From Promethearchaeota archaeon (GTDB lineage Archaea > Asgardarchaeota > Lokiarchaeia > Sigyniarchaeales > SOKP01), in NCBI GenBank assembly GCA_016839705.1, contig JAEOTR010000017.1, positions 1 to 64,000 on the forward strand: 64,000 bases of DNA, read 5' to 3'. A model generated the notes under the pieces. That model did not search any database. It was given only the letters and a program-made list of their open reading frames with translations, and was not told the origin of the DNA. The position numbers were made by a program, and so were the translations under genes. Of the stretch, positions 49,820 to 60,072 are shown piece by piece (position 1 is the stretch's first letter; every line of letters starts with the position of its first letter).

Positions 49820-51082
49820 CTATTTATTATTAAAATTGGTTAAATTGCTTTTAGTACTAGTATATATCTCCATAAGCAATAACCCGTGATAATACGATAT
49901 ACTATCAAAATACCCTTCACCTAAATCTGATTTGTTTACATGGACTAATGCCATTTGAGCATTTAGAGCTGCTTGAATTAATAACTCAACACCTTTATAG
50001 ATTAAGTTGGGGCTCCAAGTTCCTCTTTGAATGTTAGCCCACCATGTAGGACATGAATGTAAACCTCTGTTATAAAACCATCGAGCAGTATTATAATAAT
50101 TTTTAACATCCCAACCCTCACTTGCAGTAAGATCATCTATTAGATTCATCAGGTTATTTAAACTTTTCATAATTTTCCAATAATACTTATGAATATTGTT
50201 ATCAGGATGTTTCCATAAAGGATATGGGATGTTATTTTCCAAATCTTTAGATGTTGTACTCCAACTAGATTCTTTTGGTATGATTATTTCTTCACTAACC
50301 GGAAAATGCTGGCCCAAATCAGATATGAAAACTAATTCCATTTCGTCATCGTTATTTATTAACTCTATGGTTTTTCCCAAAAATGTTTTCTCGTAACCAG
50401 GGATATGATGTCCGAATGTTTCTGCATCTTGAGCAATTATAACATAGGTAGAATTATCTTTTTCCTCGTTCTTATGCAGTTTCTTCGCTTCACTAATAAA
50501 TTTCTTCGGTGTGATATCTTTGAAAGAGATTTTGTTGCTTATTATATCATCCCTAAAGAAGAGTTGAAGTCCATTTGGGGAATAATAAATTTGATCAAAT
50601 GGCCATTCTATTGGACAAGCGATACCACTCATAATTACCCATTTATAACCCAATTCACGTATATGTTTTGCTATACTTCCAGATATTGCCAACTCTGGAG
50701 GAAAAAACCCCTTTCTTTTCCATAACTTACCAAACTCATTTTTGTTAGTTTCTTCATTCAAATGGATCTGTTGATGAACCTCTTTTATTGGAATTAAGGG
50801 GAGAATTGGATGAAATTTTGCGGTCCCAACAATCTCAATCTTTCCTTCAGAAACAAGGTTTTTCAAAAATTCAATTGTGTCTGATAAATCGAATTCGCGA
50901 AGTAAATCAATTAAAACACCATTGATGTTTAGGCATATTTTCGCATTTTCATGATAATCCAGTACTTTAAATAAAGGTTTATAGCATTCTCTATCGATCT
51001 TTCTTAATATGTTTAAATCTTGGGTTGGGGGTTGGTACATATGTAGACAAAAACATATGAAGGTACTCACTTTTAAACTCAT
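49820..51082 (-). CDS. Glycoside hydrolase family 57
   Basis: HMYQP, HPILPL, FFPPELA, AQDAETFGHH, SSW. Confidence 0.92.
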   Translation of the reverse strand: MSLKVSTFICFCLHMYQPPTQDLNILRKIDRECYKPLFKVLDYHENAKICLNINGVLIDLLREFDLSDTIEFLKNLVSEGKIEIVGTAKFHPILPLIPIKEVHQQIHLNEETNKNEFGKLWKRKGFFPPELAISGSIAKHIRELGYKWVIMSGIACPIEWPFDQIYYSPNGLQLFFRDDIISNKISFKDITPKKFISEAKKLHKNEEKDNSTYVIIAQDAETFGHHIPGYEKTFLGKTIELINNDDEMELVFISDLGQHFPVSEEIIIPKESSWSTTSKDLENNIPYPLWKHPDNNIHKYYWKIMKSLNNLMNLIDDLTASEGWDVKNYYNTARWFYNRGLHSCPTWWANIQRGTWSPNLIYKGVELLIQAALNAQMALVHVNKSDLGEGYFDSISYYHGLLLMEIYTSTKSNLTNFNNK

Positions 51083-51398
51083 CTGTCGAAGTTATATCGT
51101 TTTTTTAACGTTTTAATTTAAAATTAGGTTATTTTAATAATATTTGAAGCTGAAGATTAAGACTTCAATAATCACTATAAAACCTACTATTAATATTGAT
51201 CTATATATTATCTTTTCTACGCTTTTATTTACGCATTTTGATTTACTATATTTAATATTCCTCATCGTTTTAAATTTGAGCAATACATATGAATGTAACT
51301 TTTATGATTTTTGAATGATTACATAGGTGAATTCTTAAATTATGTAACAAAGAATATTATTACAAATTAGGAATTTAAATTCTAAAGAGTAAAATTGG

Positions 51399-52313
51399 AT
51401 GAAAATTATGAAAATAGATGATATAAAACGCATTTTAATACTAGGATCAGGAACAATGGGAGTACAAATAGGTATTCAATCAGCAATGCATGGATACCAA
51501 GTTAGTATCTTTGTAAGAAACCCTGCAAAAAATGATATAGTATGGGATGACATAAAAAAGCGCGTTGATTGGATTGTAAGACGGGAGGTAATTAGTAGGG
51601 AAGAAGCCGATCAAACATTAAAAAGAATATATACAACAAACGATCCTGCAGATGCAGCAAAAGATGGTGATTTACTTTCAGAATCGGTACCTGAAATTCC
51701 CTCTTTGAAAAAGGAATTATATGCGAGATTTAATAAATTATGCCCCGAGCACACGATTTTTACATCAAACACCTCAGGGCTTTTACCATCAATGCTAGCT
51801 AAAAGCACAGGACGCCCTGAAAGGTTTTTAGCTGCTCATTTTAATAATCCAGTGTTCATTACTAAGACTGTAGATATTATGGGACACCCTGGTACGTTAA
51901 AAGAAGTACTTGACATAACAATAGAATTTGGTAGGAGGATTGGATTAATTCCTATCATTCTTGAGAAAGAACAGCCAGGATACATAATAAATTCATTGTT
52001 GCGGGGATTAATGGGTAGTGCACTTGAATTAGTTGCAAACGGAGTCGCTACTCCTCAGCAAGTTGACAAATGTTGGATGAGCAATATGAAAATTGGAATC
52101 GGGATTTTTGGGATTATGGATAATAATGGATTGGACGTAGGATGGGAGATGCGAGAAAAATACGCACTATCCTCCGGAGATAAACAAGCAAAAGCAATAT
52201 ATGAGTATCTTAAAACTAATTTTATTGATAAAGGACATCTAGGAAGAAAAACTGGTCAAGGATTTTATAAATACCCTAATCCTGAGTATAAAAATCCAGA
52301 TTTCTTAAAGTAG
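51399..52313 (+). CDS. 3-hydroxyacyl-CoA dehydrogenase
   Basis: GSGTMG, ESVPE, SNTS, HFNNP, PGYIIN, LGRKTGQGFY. Confidence 0.94.
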   Translation: MKIMKIDDIKRILILGSGTMGVQIGIQSAMHGYQVSIFVRNPAKNDIVWDDIKKRVDWIVRREVISREEADQTLKRIYTTNDPADAAKDGDLLSESVPEIPSLKKELYARFNKLCPEHTIFTSNTSGLLPSMLAKSTGRPERFLAAHFNNPVFITKTVDIMGHPGTLKEVLDITIEFGRRIGLIPIILEKEQPGYIINSLLRGLMGSALELVANGVATPQQVDKCWMSNMKIGIGIFGIMDNNGLDVGWEMREKYALSSGDKQAKAIYEYLKTNFIDKGHLGRKTGQGFYKYPNPEYKNPDFLK

Positions 52314-52441
52314 ATTTTTTTATATTGAAGGAAATAGATAAAAATGTATTCAAATCGAAAAGAGGATAACTCTCCTTCGAAGTCAGAAAACACTCCTTTT
52401 AAAAACGCTAACGTCTAAATACCTAAAATTGAATTTATTTT

Positions 52442-53557
52442 TTATTTTTCTATTATTGTTTCTTCTATTGCTGTGCCGAAATGTGTAGCTCCAGGACCTA
52501 TATGAACTAAGACTTCATCCGCTACCTTGATATCAACAACAGATTTCGCCTTACCATCTACTCCTACTAAGCGAATTGTTTCAGCGTTTTGGCATATACA
52601 ACTTATCAAAATCTTTATATCACCTTTTAATCCTTCTAACTCGAATCTCAACATTGGTCGTGTTTCAATTTTAACTCTTCCTATTGATACGGTTCTGACC
52701 ACACCTTTATTTGTAACTGCTAAGACTTTATCCCCACCTTTCAATTCACTTAGATACTTGGTTCTATAGATTTTAGTAGGATCGTCATCCGGCACTAATA
52801 CATATGCAGACACATCCCCGGCATTGACTCTAAAAGGTCTGGATGCCACAAATTGTGTTTCAAACGTTTCAGAATGAACCAAACAGAACCCTACTGCTGT
52901 TGAACCAACCAGAAGTCCTTCTCCTACATTCAAGAGCGATGTGGTATCAACACAAACTCTTTCCGCTTCAGGTATACTCTCAATATTAACAACTTTTGCC
53001 GATGTAAGCTCTATTTGAGATGTCACGTTCACTAGATTTTTTAACTCAATAATTTCATTAACAGTTTTTGGTAAAATAAGAATCCCATCCACACCAATTT
53101 CCATGGTTCTTAACATCAACTCCGCTTCCTTTTTATCATCTACTGCAGCTATTAAATCAGTATCGTTCTTATGCATTTCTGCAATAAGATTTTCAAAAGG
53201 GATTATTTTCCAGTCTTTAGCAGAAACAATAATAAAATCCACTTGATTACCTTTAGAAAGGTTCACAATAGCTCTTTCATCATCTTTTGTTTTTAATTCT
53301 TTATAAAATCCAATATTCCTATCTGAAAAATTCTTGTCAGATAATAACTCGTTTAGTTTCCTTTCAGTTTCAGTTATAAAAGAATTGGCAGGAATACTCA
53401 TATCTTTTGTATAGAGATTAACTCGCTCTATGTTTTTAAATTCAGAAAAAGTTTCTTTCGATACTAAAAAGTTTAAAATATCCTTATTAAATGCTTCTTG
53501 AACTAATTCCTTAAAATTTTCTGATTTCTTTTCAAAATTTAAGATTATTTTTTTCAT
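52442..53557 (-). CDS. aroB': 3-dehydroquinate synthase II (archaeal oxidative type)
   Basis: DWKIIPFENLIA, RVCVDT, RPFRVNAG, GRVKIETRP, QNAETIRL, HFG..IEETIIEK. Confidence 0.95.
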   Translation of the reverse strand: MKKIILNFEKKSENFKELVQEAFNKDILNFLVSKETFSEFKNIERVNLYTKDMSIPANSFITETERKLNELLSDKNFSDRNIGFYKELKTKDDERAIVNLSKGNQVDFIIVSAKDWKIIPFENLIAEMHKNDTDLIAAVDDKKEAELMLRTMEIGVDGILILPKTVNEIIELKNLVNVTSQIELTSAKVVNIESIPEAERVCVDTTSLLNVGEGLLVGSTAVGFCLVHSETFETQFVASRPFRVNAGDVSAYVLVPDDDPTKIYRTKYLSELKGGDKVLAVTNKGVVRTVSIGRVKIETRPMLRFELEGLKGDIKILISCICQNAETIRLVGVDGKAKSVVDIKVADEVLVHIGPGATHFGTAIEETIIEK

Positions 53558-53714
53558 GACATCAAATTCTTTAACTTTGGACTATGAAAGTTTTTTTATC
53601 GAAATTCTTTTATTATAATGTGTTAGTTTATTATTAAATTTTTAAGTTAGTAAATTCATATAATTCATAATACAGATAATTATAATTGATACAATAAAAC
53701 AGAGAAGAGATAAA

Positions 53715-54365
53715 ATGGGCTTGAAAAAGAAGCTGTTCCCCCGCAAGGGCAAAGAAAAGGATGATTTGATTAGCAAAGCTAAGAGTCATATCCATAGAAT
53801 GAATGTAATTAATAGAAACTTTAGCAAGCGTGCTGAGATAAGTCGGAAAAATGCTAAAATTGCTTTAAAACGCGGTGAAAAAACTCGCGCAAAGAATTAC
53901 CTTATTCAATACAAATCATATACAGCAAAAGTTGATAGAACAAATAATATCAGGGGTAAGATAGAACGTCAGATTCAAGCAATTGAAGAAGGACGATTGA
54001 TCTCACAAACAGGCAATTTATTCAGTGGTATACGTGATGAATTAGAGTTTATTGCCACAAAAGCATCTCCTGCTAAGGTTGCTGAAATTGCAGAAGATTC
54101 TGAAGCATATGTGGCAGAAATTGAAGAAGCCGCAGATATTTTGGCGGGGGATCCTGAAATTGATCTTGCTATTGACGTTACAGAGGAATTGAATCAACTT
54201 GAAACTGAAATGTTGCTTGATCAAGGAGGAACTATGCCCGAAACACCATCAGATGACCTTCAGTACATACCAGAATATGATATACTTGAAGAGGATACAG
54301 AAATTAAGTCAAAGGAAAAGCTTCAAGACGAAATCGATAAATTACGTAAAGAACTTGAAAGTTAG
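53715..54365 (+). CDS. ESCRT-III Snf7-family protein
   Basis: Basic helical hairpin (AKIALKRGEKTRAK), acidic C-half, EELNQLE, MPETP, terminal amphipathic helix. Confidence 0.88.
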   Translation: MGLKKKLFPRKGKEKDDLISKAKSHIHRMNVINRNFSKRAEISRKNAKIALKRGEKTRAKNYLIQYKSYTAKVDRTNNIRGKIERQIQAIEEGRLISQTGNLFSGIRDELEFIATKASPAKVAEIAEDSEAYVAEIEEAADILAGDPEIDLAIDVTEELNQLETEMLLDQGGTMPETPSDDLQYIPEYDILEEDTEIKSKEKLQDEIDKLRKELES

Positions 54366-54406
54366 ATTATTTTCTTAAATAATTATCAAATTCTTTCATC
54401 TTTTTG

Positions 54407-55426
54407 TTATTTAATTTTGTTCACTGCTTTAACCATATTTCTTACTTTACCTATTGAGATTTCATAGCCTTTATCTTCACCAAAAGTATCTTTTAATGGT
54501 AGAAAACCACAATCAGGTTTGATAATTAAATTTTCCTTTCCATATTGATTGATGGCTTTTTTAATATAAGATTCGAGAAAATCTATTTTTTCAATATAAT
54601 CATTAATATCATTACCATGTTCGGGTCCAAACTGTGATTTTACAGACCCCAGAGCTAAGATTTTATCTGTAGCTTCGAAATGCTCCTTCTGGAAAATCTC
54701 AAAGTTTTTCTCATTTGTTGTAAATTCATGATCTAATATTTTTACGTTAGTTTGAAGAAGAATATCTCGTAAATTTGGGCTTATCCTCCCACATACATGA
54801 ATCGAGGAGAGATTTTTTATTTCTGAAATCGATTTGTTTAAAATTTCGACTAAAAAGTCTTCAGAGTGAAATAGGGGTTTCCGTCCTACTAACACCCCTA
54901 GAAGAGGTTCATCCATAGAAATGATATCGATACCCAGATCATTATATGCTCTTCCCACCTGTTTCATAATTTCTGCAAATTTATCTACCACCCAGTCTAC
55001 CATTATTCCTCTAGGTTCTGAGAATACTCTCGGTTTGATTCCTTGAGCTATTTCTCCTTTTAGGATAATTTCAGAAGCTAATGTCAATGGACCAGTAAGG
55101 CAAGCTTTTGTTCCTTTAATCTTTTCTAAAAGTGATGGTCTCTTATTAAAATATTCATTAATAAATTCCCCGTATTCTACGGCTATAGAATTTTTGGGAA
55201 TTTTAAAATCATCGGATAAATAAAACCTCTCATCCTTTTCTTCTAATTGATTAACGCTTTTGGCTAAAGGGGATAAAAATTGACTAACCATAGAAATTAA
55301 TTGTGGATAGCATGGATAATCAATACCAATATCAATTAAATCACTAAAAATCCTTACCATATTTTCGGTATTGTTACTTAAAGGCCAGCTGCCTACGATG
55401 GTAGTGAATAATCCTTCTTTATCCAT
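54407..55426 (-). CDS. Single-barrel methionine synthase (MetE C-terminal-like)
   Basis: TTIVGSWP, LTGPLTLA, MDEP, IHVCG, KPDCG. Confidence 0.85.
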   Translation of the reverse strand: MDKEGLFTTIVGSWPLSNNTENMVRIFSDLIDIGIDYPCYPQLISMVSQFLSPLAKSVNQLEEKDERFYLSDDFKIPKNSIAVEYGEFINEYFNKRPSLLEKIKGTKACLTGPLTLASEIILKGEIAQGIKPRVFSEPRGIMVDWVVDKFAEIMKQVGRAYNDLGIDIISMDEPLLGVLVGRKPLFHSEDFLVEILNKSISEIKNLSSIHVCGRISPNLRDILLQTNVKILDHEFTTNEKNFEIFQKEHFEATDKILALGSVKSQFGPEHGNDINDYIEKIDFLESYIKKAINQYGKENLIIKPDCGFLPLKDTFGEDKGYEISIGKVRNMVKAVNKIK

Positions 55427-55470
55427 AGTACTTATAAAAGTTTATAGAATTTAAACATAGATTAGACAGT

Positions 55471-55487
55471 TATGCAGTATCTGCATA
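55471..55487. promoter_or_regulatory. Perfect palindrome TATGCAG-TAT-CTGCATA (operator or hairpin)
   Basis: 7-bp inverted repeat in the 79-bp gap, ~45 bp upstream of the metE-like ATG. Confidence 0.4.
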
Positions 55488-55505
55488 GAATATGCTTAGA
55501 AAGAA

Positions 55506-57521
55506 TTAAGTATAAAATCTTTTATTATCAAAATTCCTACTATTTTGTTTAATTATTTCTAATTCTTCTAAACTTTGCTGTAAGTTTTGTATCTTATTAT
55601 CAATTAAGTAAATCTCTTTATTCAAATTTCTATAAGTTCTAAAATAATCACTCTCTGAGATAGATCCTTGATCAAATTTTGTTTCAAGTTTCTTCAATGT
55701 AGCTTTAAGACTATATCGTTCTTTTTCAAATTCAAGCATTTGTTTTTGTTTTTCTTTATCTAATTTAAATAAGTTTCTTTTATATCCATATGATTGCTGT
55801 GCTGATGAATTTGATAAGTCGAATAAATCTGATAAGTGATTTTTGTTGAATTCTTGAAAAGATTTATCATTAAACAGGTTTTGAATTCCAATATTAGAAG
55901 CTTGTGGATAAATTCCCTGAGCTTGCTCTAAGTTTCTTGTTAGAAGATCTCTTTCATCCGCGTTTAGTAAAAGATCATTTTTATTATTAATAGCTTGAGG
56001 GATGTAATTTTGATACCTATTTGGGTCGCAAATATTTTGCGGGAAAAATTTACTTTGGCTAGGGGGAGGCATTTGATATTGATTTCCATGATTTATAGGA
56101 TTATTCAAACCTTGAGGATGTTGAACCTGAGTAGGTTGATAGTAAGTAGGATTTTGATAATAAGGATTTTGCATTCTGGGTTGGTTTAGTCCATTTTGCC
56201 CTATATGTGGATTTTGATAAAGCATGCTTTGTTGATAATTTTGAGGTACCAGATTTTGGATTTGGTTATGATTACCATAAGCATGTTGTGGTTGAAATTT
56301 ATTAAAATTAACTTTTTCATAACTCTCATTATACTGGCATTTTAGGCTAAAAAAAGAATTAATACTTTCTTCAATGAAATTGGTTAAGGAGTTTAAATCA
56401 ATATCAATTTTCTTTAGATTTGAAGCTGATTTACTGTCATATACCGTAGTCTCATCAAATGTTCTTGCTAATAGAATATATTCGATAACTCTAGAGATTG
56501 ATTTATGGGGTAAGGTGAATTCATATTTACCATACTCAAATTCTAGGTAAAGTTTTTTGAATACTTTTCCTTTATCTTTAATTCTTATTAGATCACGAAC
56601 AGGAGCTTTGAAAGTCAGAGCTTTTTTCTTTTTTCTTACACCATACTCATGAACAAAAGATAGATCTAAATTGGTAATAAATAAAAGCCCTTTATCCTTC
56701 TTAAATTTCTCTTCTATATTTAATCCATTTGTTAATTTAGCGTAAATTGCATATACCGGCTTTTCTTTTTCTGCTAGGTTCAAAAAATTCTTATAAGTTG
56801 AAAAATAAAGACTGATTTTTTCAATGAATTTTAGATTATCCTCAAATGATTTGACGCTACTCTTAAAGGTTGTCACATTATTTAATACGAATTCATTTAT
56901 CGAATTATAACTTCTTAATAAATTATCAAACAAGTTTTCTATGATTATTAAATTGGAATTAGGTTGTTTATAAATATCAAAAAAATATTCTTTATATAAG
57001 ACCATCTGATGAAAATGTGCATTAATTTTGTCAAATAAGGTATTCTGGACATATATGAATAATTTAAAAAGAGCTAGTAAATCAGATTCCATTTTAGGGA
57101 AATGATAACATCTAATAGGGGGATTTCTTGCTTTTTCAATTTCTTGTTGAAGACTAAATAATTTATTGAGAACTTCTCTTAAGGGATTAATAAAAGCACG
57201 AGAGTTTTTAATTAATTCTAAAAATTCTTTCTCTAATTCTTCCTTTTTTTCATATATGTTTATAACTTTATGAGAACCACATTTTGGGCATGATTTTAAA
57301 AGTTGGTTTGTTTTAATGATGTTCTCCTTTCCACATTCTCCACACACTTTTCTCTTATCAGAATCAGAATTCTCAATATTTTTTGAATTGCAATCTTGAC
57401 ATGTATAGAATTCAACTTTTTTTTCATGTAAACAATCAGAGCAACAACTAACACCACATTCTTCACAATAATAAGTTAATTTCACATACCTTTGACAAAA
57501 TCGGCAGACTTGTTCTGACAT
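55506..57521 (-). CDS. Multi-Zn-finger / coiled-coil / PH-like / Q-N-P-rich / steadiness-box-like protein
   Basis: Six CxxC pairs in the first ~80 aa; GLLFITNLDLSFV PH/GRAM-like strands; Q/N/P/Y tract; C-terminal TLKKLETKFDQGSISESDYFRTYRNL. Confidence 0.7.
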   Translation of the reverse strand: MSEQVCRFCQRYVKLTYYCEECGVSCCSDCLHEKKVEFYTCQDCNSKNIENSDSDKRKVCGECGKENIIKTNQLLKSCPKCGSHKVINIYEKKEELEKEFLELIKNSRAFINPLREVLNKLFSLQQEIEKARNPPIRCYHFPKMESDLLALFKLFIYVQNTLFDKINAHFHQMVLYKEYFFDIYKQPNSNLIIIENLFDNLLRSYNSINEFVLNNVTTFKSSVKSFEDNLKFIEKISLYFSTYKNFLNLAEKEKPVYAIYAKLTNGLNIEEKFKKDKGLLFITNLDLSFVHEYGVRKKKKALTFKAPVRDLIRIKDKGKVFKKLYLEFEYGKYEFTLPHKSISRVIEYILLARTFDETTVYDSKSASNLKKIDIDLNSLTNFIEESINSFFSLKCQYNESYEKVNFNKFQPQHAYGNHNQIQNLVPQNYQQSMLYQNPHIGQNGLNQPRMQNPYYQNPTYYQPTQVQHPQGLNNPINHGNQYQMPPPSQSKFFPQNICDPNRYQNYIPQAINNKNDLLLNADERDLLTRNLEQAQGIYPQASNIGIQNLFNDKSFQEFNKNHLSDLFDLSNSSAQQSYGYKRNLFKLDKEKQKQMLEFEKERYSLKATLKKLETKFDQGSISESDYFRTYRNLNKEIYLIDNKIQNLQQSLEELEIIKQNSRNFDNKRFYT

Positions 57522-57727
57522 TTTTAAAAACTAAACCCAACCTAATAAATTCAAAATTCTCTACAAATCGCTTTATCAAAATTAGTACAAAACCCAAAAT
57601 ACAAAAAAGAATATATTATTCAAGTATCATGTAATATCTGGATATCTTAAAAAATATCACGAAGCTACTTAAATGTCTATTTTATAAAATTTATATTAAT
57701 AAAGGAGTAATTTATTTAATAATTGGA

Positions 57728-58021
57728 TTATTTAACTATGATTACTTTTTTCCCAAGGGCTTGACCGGGTACTCCAGCCTTTTTAAAATGAGCTCTAACC
57801 GCACCATGATTTCCATGAGCACGAGTAACTGTACCCTTGAGTTCTTTGCCAGTTGAGCTTTTCCAAACAACTTTTCTACCGATAAGCTTATTTGCCTCTT
57901 TTCGGGTATTTATCCTAGAAAAAACTACTATACAATGTTTCTGGTGTACCGTGTGACGACCTCGTTTGTAATTTGAGATAATCCCCTCCATACCCAAAAC
58001 ATCTAATTTACTCAATGACAT
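57728..58021 (-). CDS. rpl35ae: 50S ribosomal protein L35Ae
   Basis: GIISNYKRG, LIGRKVVW, GTVTRAHGNHGAVRAHF, PGQALG. Confidence 0.96.
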   Translation of the reverse strand: MSLSKLDVLGMEGIISNYKRGRHTVHQKHCIVVFSRINTRKEANKLIGRKVVWKSSTGKELKGTVTRAHGNHGAVRAHFKKAGVPGQALGKKVIIVK

Positions 58022-58109
58022 AGTCAAAAACTTAATAAAAGATTTTAGTGAAATAAATTAATAGATGAAATACTCTTAAACTATTAAGTTTTATTAATAT
58101 TTTTTTGGT

Positions 58110-59342
58110 CTACTTAAGATAGTTTAATGCTGTTAGCGCATAAATTTTAGTTAAATTGATAAGATCTTCAACATACACAAATTCATCAACAGAATGGATG
58201 TTATTATCTCCTCGAATAGTACCAATTAAAATTGTCTCAATTCCTTTCTGATGAAAAAATGTGGCATCTGTTGTCGGTAAAATAATCTTAAATTCTCTTT
58301 CTTCGTTGTAAATAGTTTTATATACATCCTTAACAATTAGTGCAAAATCTGAGTTTATATCGGTTATTTCTGGCTCGATGTAAATAGGGATTTGTACTCT
58401 TATATCTAAATCAGGATCTTTTTTCTTTAAATCTTCAATAAATTTTAAGATCCTTGACTTCAATGCTGCCATATCTTGTTCAGGTATTGTATTTATTAAG
58501 CAGTGTAAAACACATTTATCAGGTACAGAATTAACAGAGACTCCCCCTTCCATTAATGTAAGGTTAACACTACTAATTTTAGACGGCATATCTGGATGAA
58601 TAGGATATTTGGTTTCTTTATATTTTAATTCTTCCTGTAACTCCATTAAGAAATTCATAATTGGAAGCATTTTGTTAATTGCATTGATTCCTGAATATTT
58701 ATTGCGATTAGGAGACGGCAAATCTGGCCACCCTTGTGCATGTCTACGTATTCCTTTAATTATAAAACTTATCTGAAATGTCCCTGCTCGATAAGCAACG
58801 GGGTAATCGCATAAAGAATCACCTATTAAACATGCATCTCCCTTTACTAATCCTTTATTAACTATATAATCCGCTCCGAGTATACCTCCAATCTCTTCAT
58901 TTATTACCGCCGTTACAAATAATTTTCCATTAAAATTAAATCCAGAATCTTGTAAAGCTTTCACAGCATATATTTCAGCAGCAATACACGACTTATCATC
59001 ACATGCACCTCTTCCATATATCTTATTATCTATTTTTTCCCCACCATAAGGATTTTTCGTCCAGCCATTAAAAGGGGCATCCGTATCAAGGTGAGCATAG
59101 AAAATTAAACTGGGCCCCGTTTCATTCCCAATCTCGCCAATCACATTATTTTTCTTCCTTTGAGTTTTTATTCCAACTTCTAACATTTTAGATTCTATAA
59201 ATTTTGAGATTTCCCTATATTTACCTGGTGGAACTTCCGACGGCATTTTTACTAAATTTTGAAGAAACTCTACAATTTCTTCTCTCATGTTTTCAATTTT
59301 CTCGATTACTATTTTTTCTTCTGGTATCAAAATTCGTATCAA
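58110..59342 (-). CDS. M20 metallopeptidase (ArgE/DapE family)
   Basis: AHLDT, YGRGACDDK, NEEIGG, NSVPD, IHSVDE. Confidence 0.92.
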   Translation of the reverse strand: MIRILIPEEKIVIEKIENMREEIVEFLQNLVKMPSEVPPGKYREISKFIESKMLEVGIKTQRKKNNVIGEIGNETGPSLIFYAHLDTDAPFNGWTKNPYGGEKIDNKIYGRGACDDKSCIAAEIYAVKALQDSGFNFNGKLFVTAVINEEIGGILGADYIVNKGLVKGDACLIGDSLCDYPVAYRAGTFQISFIIKGIRRHAQGWPDLPSPNRNKYSGINAINKMLPIMNFLMELQEELKYKETKYPIHPDMPSKISSVNLTLMEGGVSVNSVPDKCVLHCLINTIPEQDMAALKSRILKFIEDLKKKDPDLDIRVQIPIYIEPEITDINSDFALIVKDVYKTIYNEEREFKIILPTTDATFFHQKGIETILIGTIRGDNNIHSVDEFVYVEDLINLTKIYALTALNYLK

Positions 59343-59456
59343 CTAATCTTTTTATAAATATAATTTAGGAAAATATGATCGAAACTTAAGTTTAATTATT
59401 ATGTATTTATTCTTCTGTTTATTCATTGTTACAAAGTTAATTGTAGTAAGTACCTT

Positions 59457-59831
59457 TTATATTGCTGCTATTGCATCTATTTCAACTAAAGCAGTTGACA
59501 TTGGACAAGTTGCTTCAACTGTACTTCTTGTGGGAAAGATTTCATTAACTCCGTTTTCTTCAAAAAATTCTTTATATGCTTGATTCATATTTACAAAATC
59601 ATCCATATTTTTAAGAAAAACGCTTATCTTAACAATATTTGATACTTTTGCTCCGGATGCACTTAAGATTGATTTTATCTTTTCAAGAACAGAAAATGTT
59701 TGTTCTCTTATCCCCTTTTTTTCTGGATTAGGAACTTGACCTGAAATAAAAATAAGATTACCCGCTTTTATCCCAAGGCTATAGGGACCAGCTTTAGGGG
59801 ATCCCGTGTCAATCATTTCTATATTAACCAT
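59457..59831 (-). CDS. RidA/YjgF family imine deaminase
   Basis: GPYS, FISGQ, MNQAY, PTRSTV, VEIDAIA; ATG 59831 after GGTGA. Confidence 0.94.
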   Translation of the reverse strand: MVNIEMIDTGSPKAGPYSLGIKAGNLIFISGQVPNPEKKGIREQTFSVLEKIKSILSASGAKVSNIVKISVFLKNMDDFVNMNQAYKEFFEENGVNEIFPTRSTVEATCPMSTALVEIDAIAAI

Positions 59832-60072
59832 ATCTATAATCACCTTTGTTTAATTTAATAGTTTGCAGACATTAATAAAATTATCAATTTTACTTTCATT
59901 AGTTTTTAATATCTTTATCATAAATATTTGTTTATTGTCGTATTTGAATCAAACTAATCAACTTTTAATTAAGTTTTAATAAAATTCTTTTTTTAATGAC
60001 TTAGATTAAACAATTATAGCTCTTTAATAAAATCTTGATTACTAACTGTGCCATAAAAAGAATTGAAGCACT

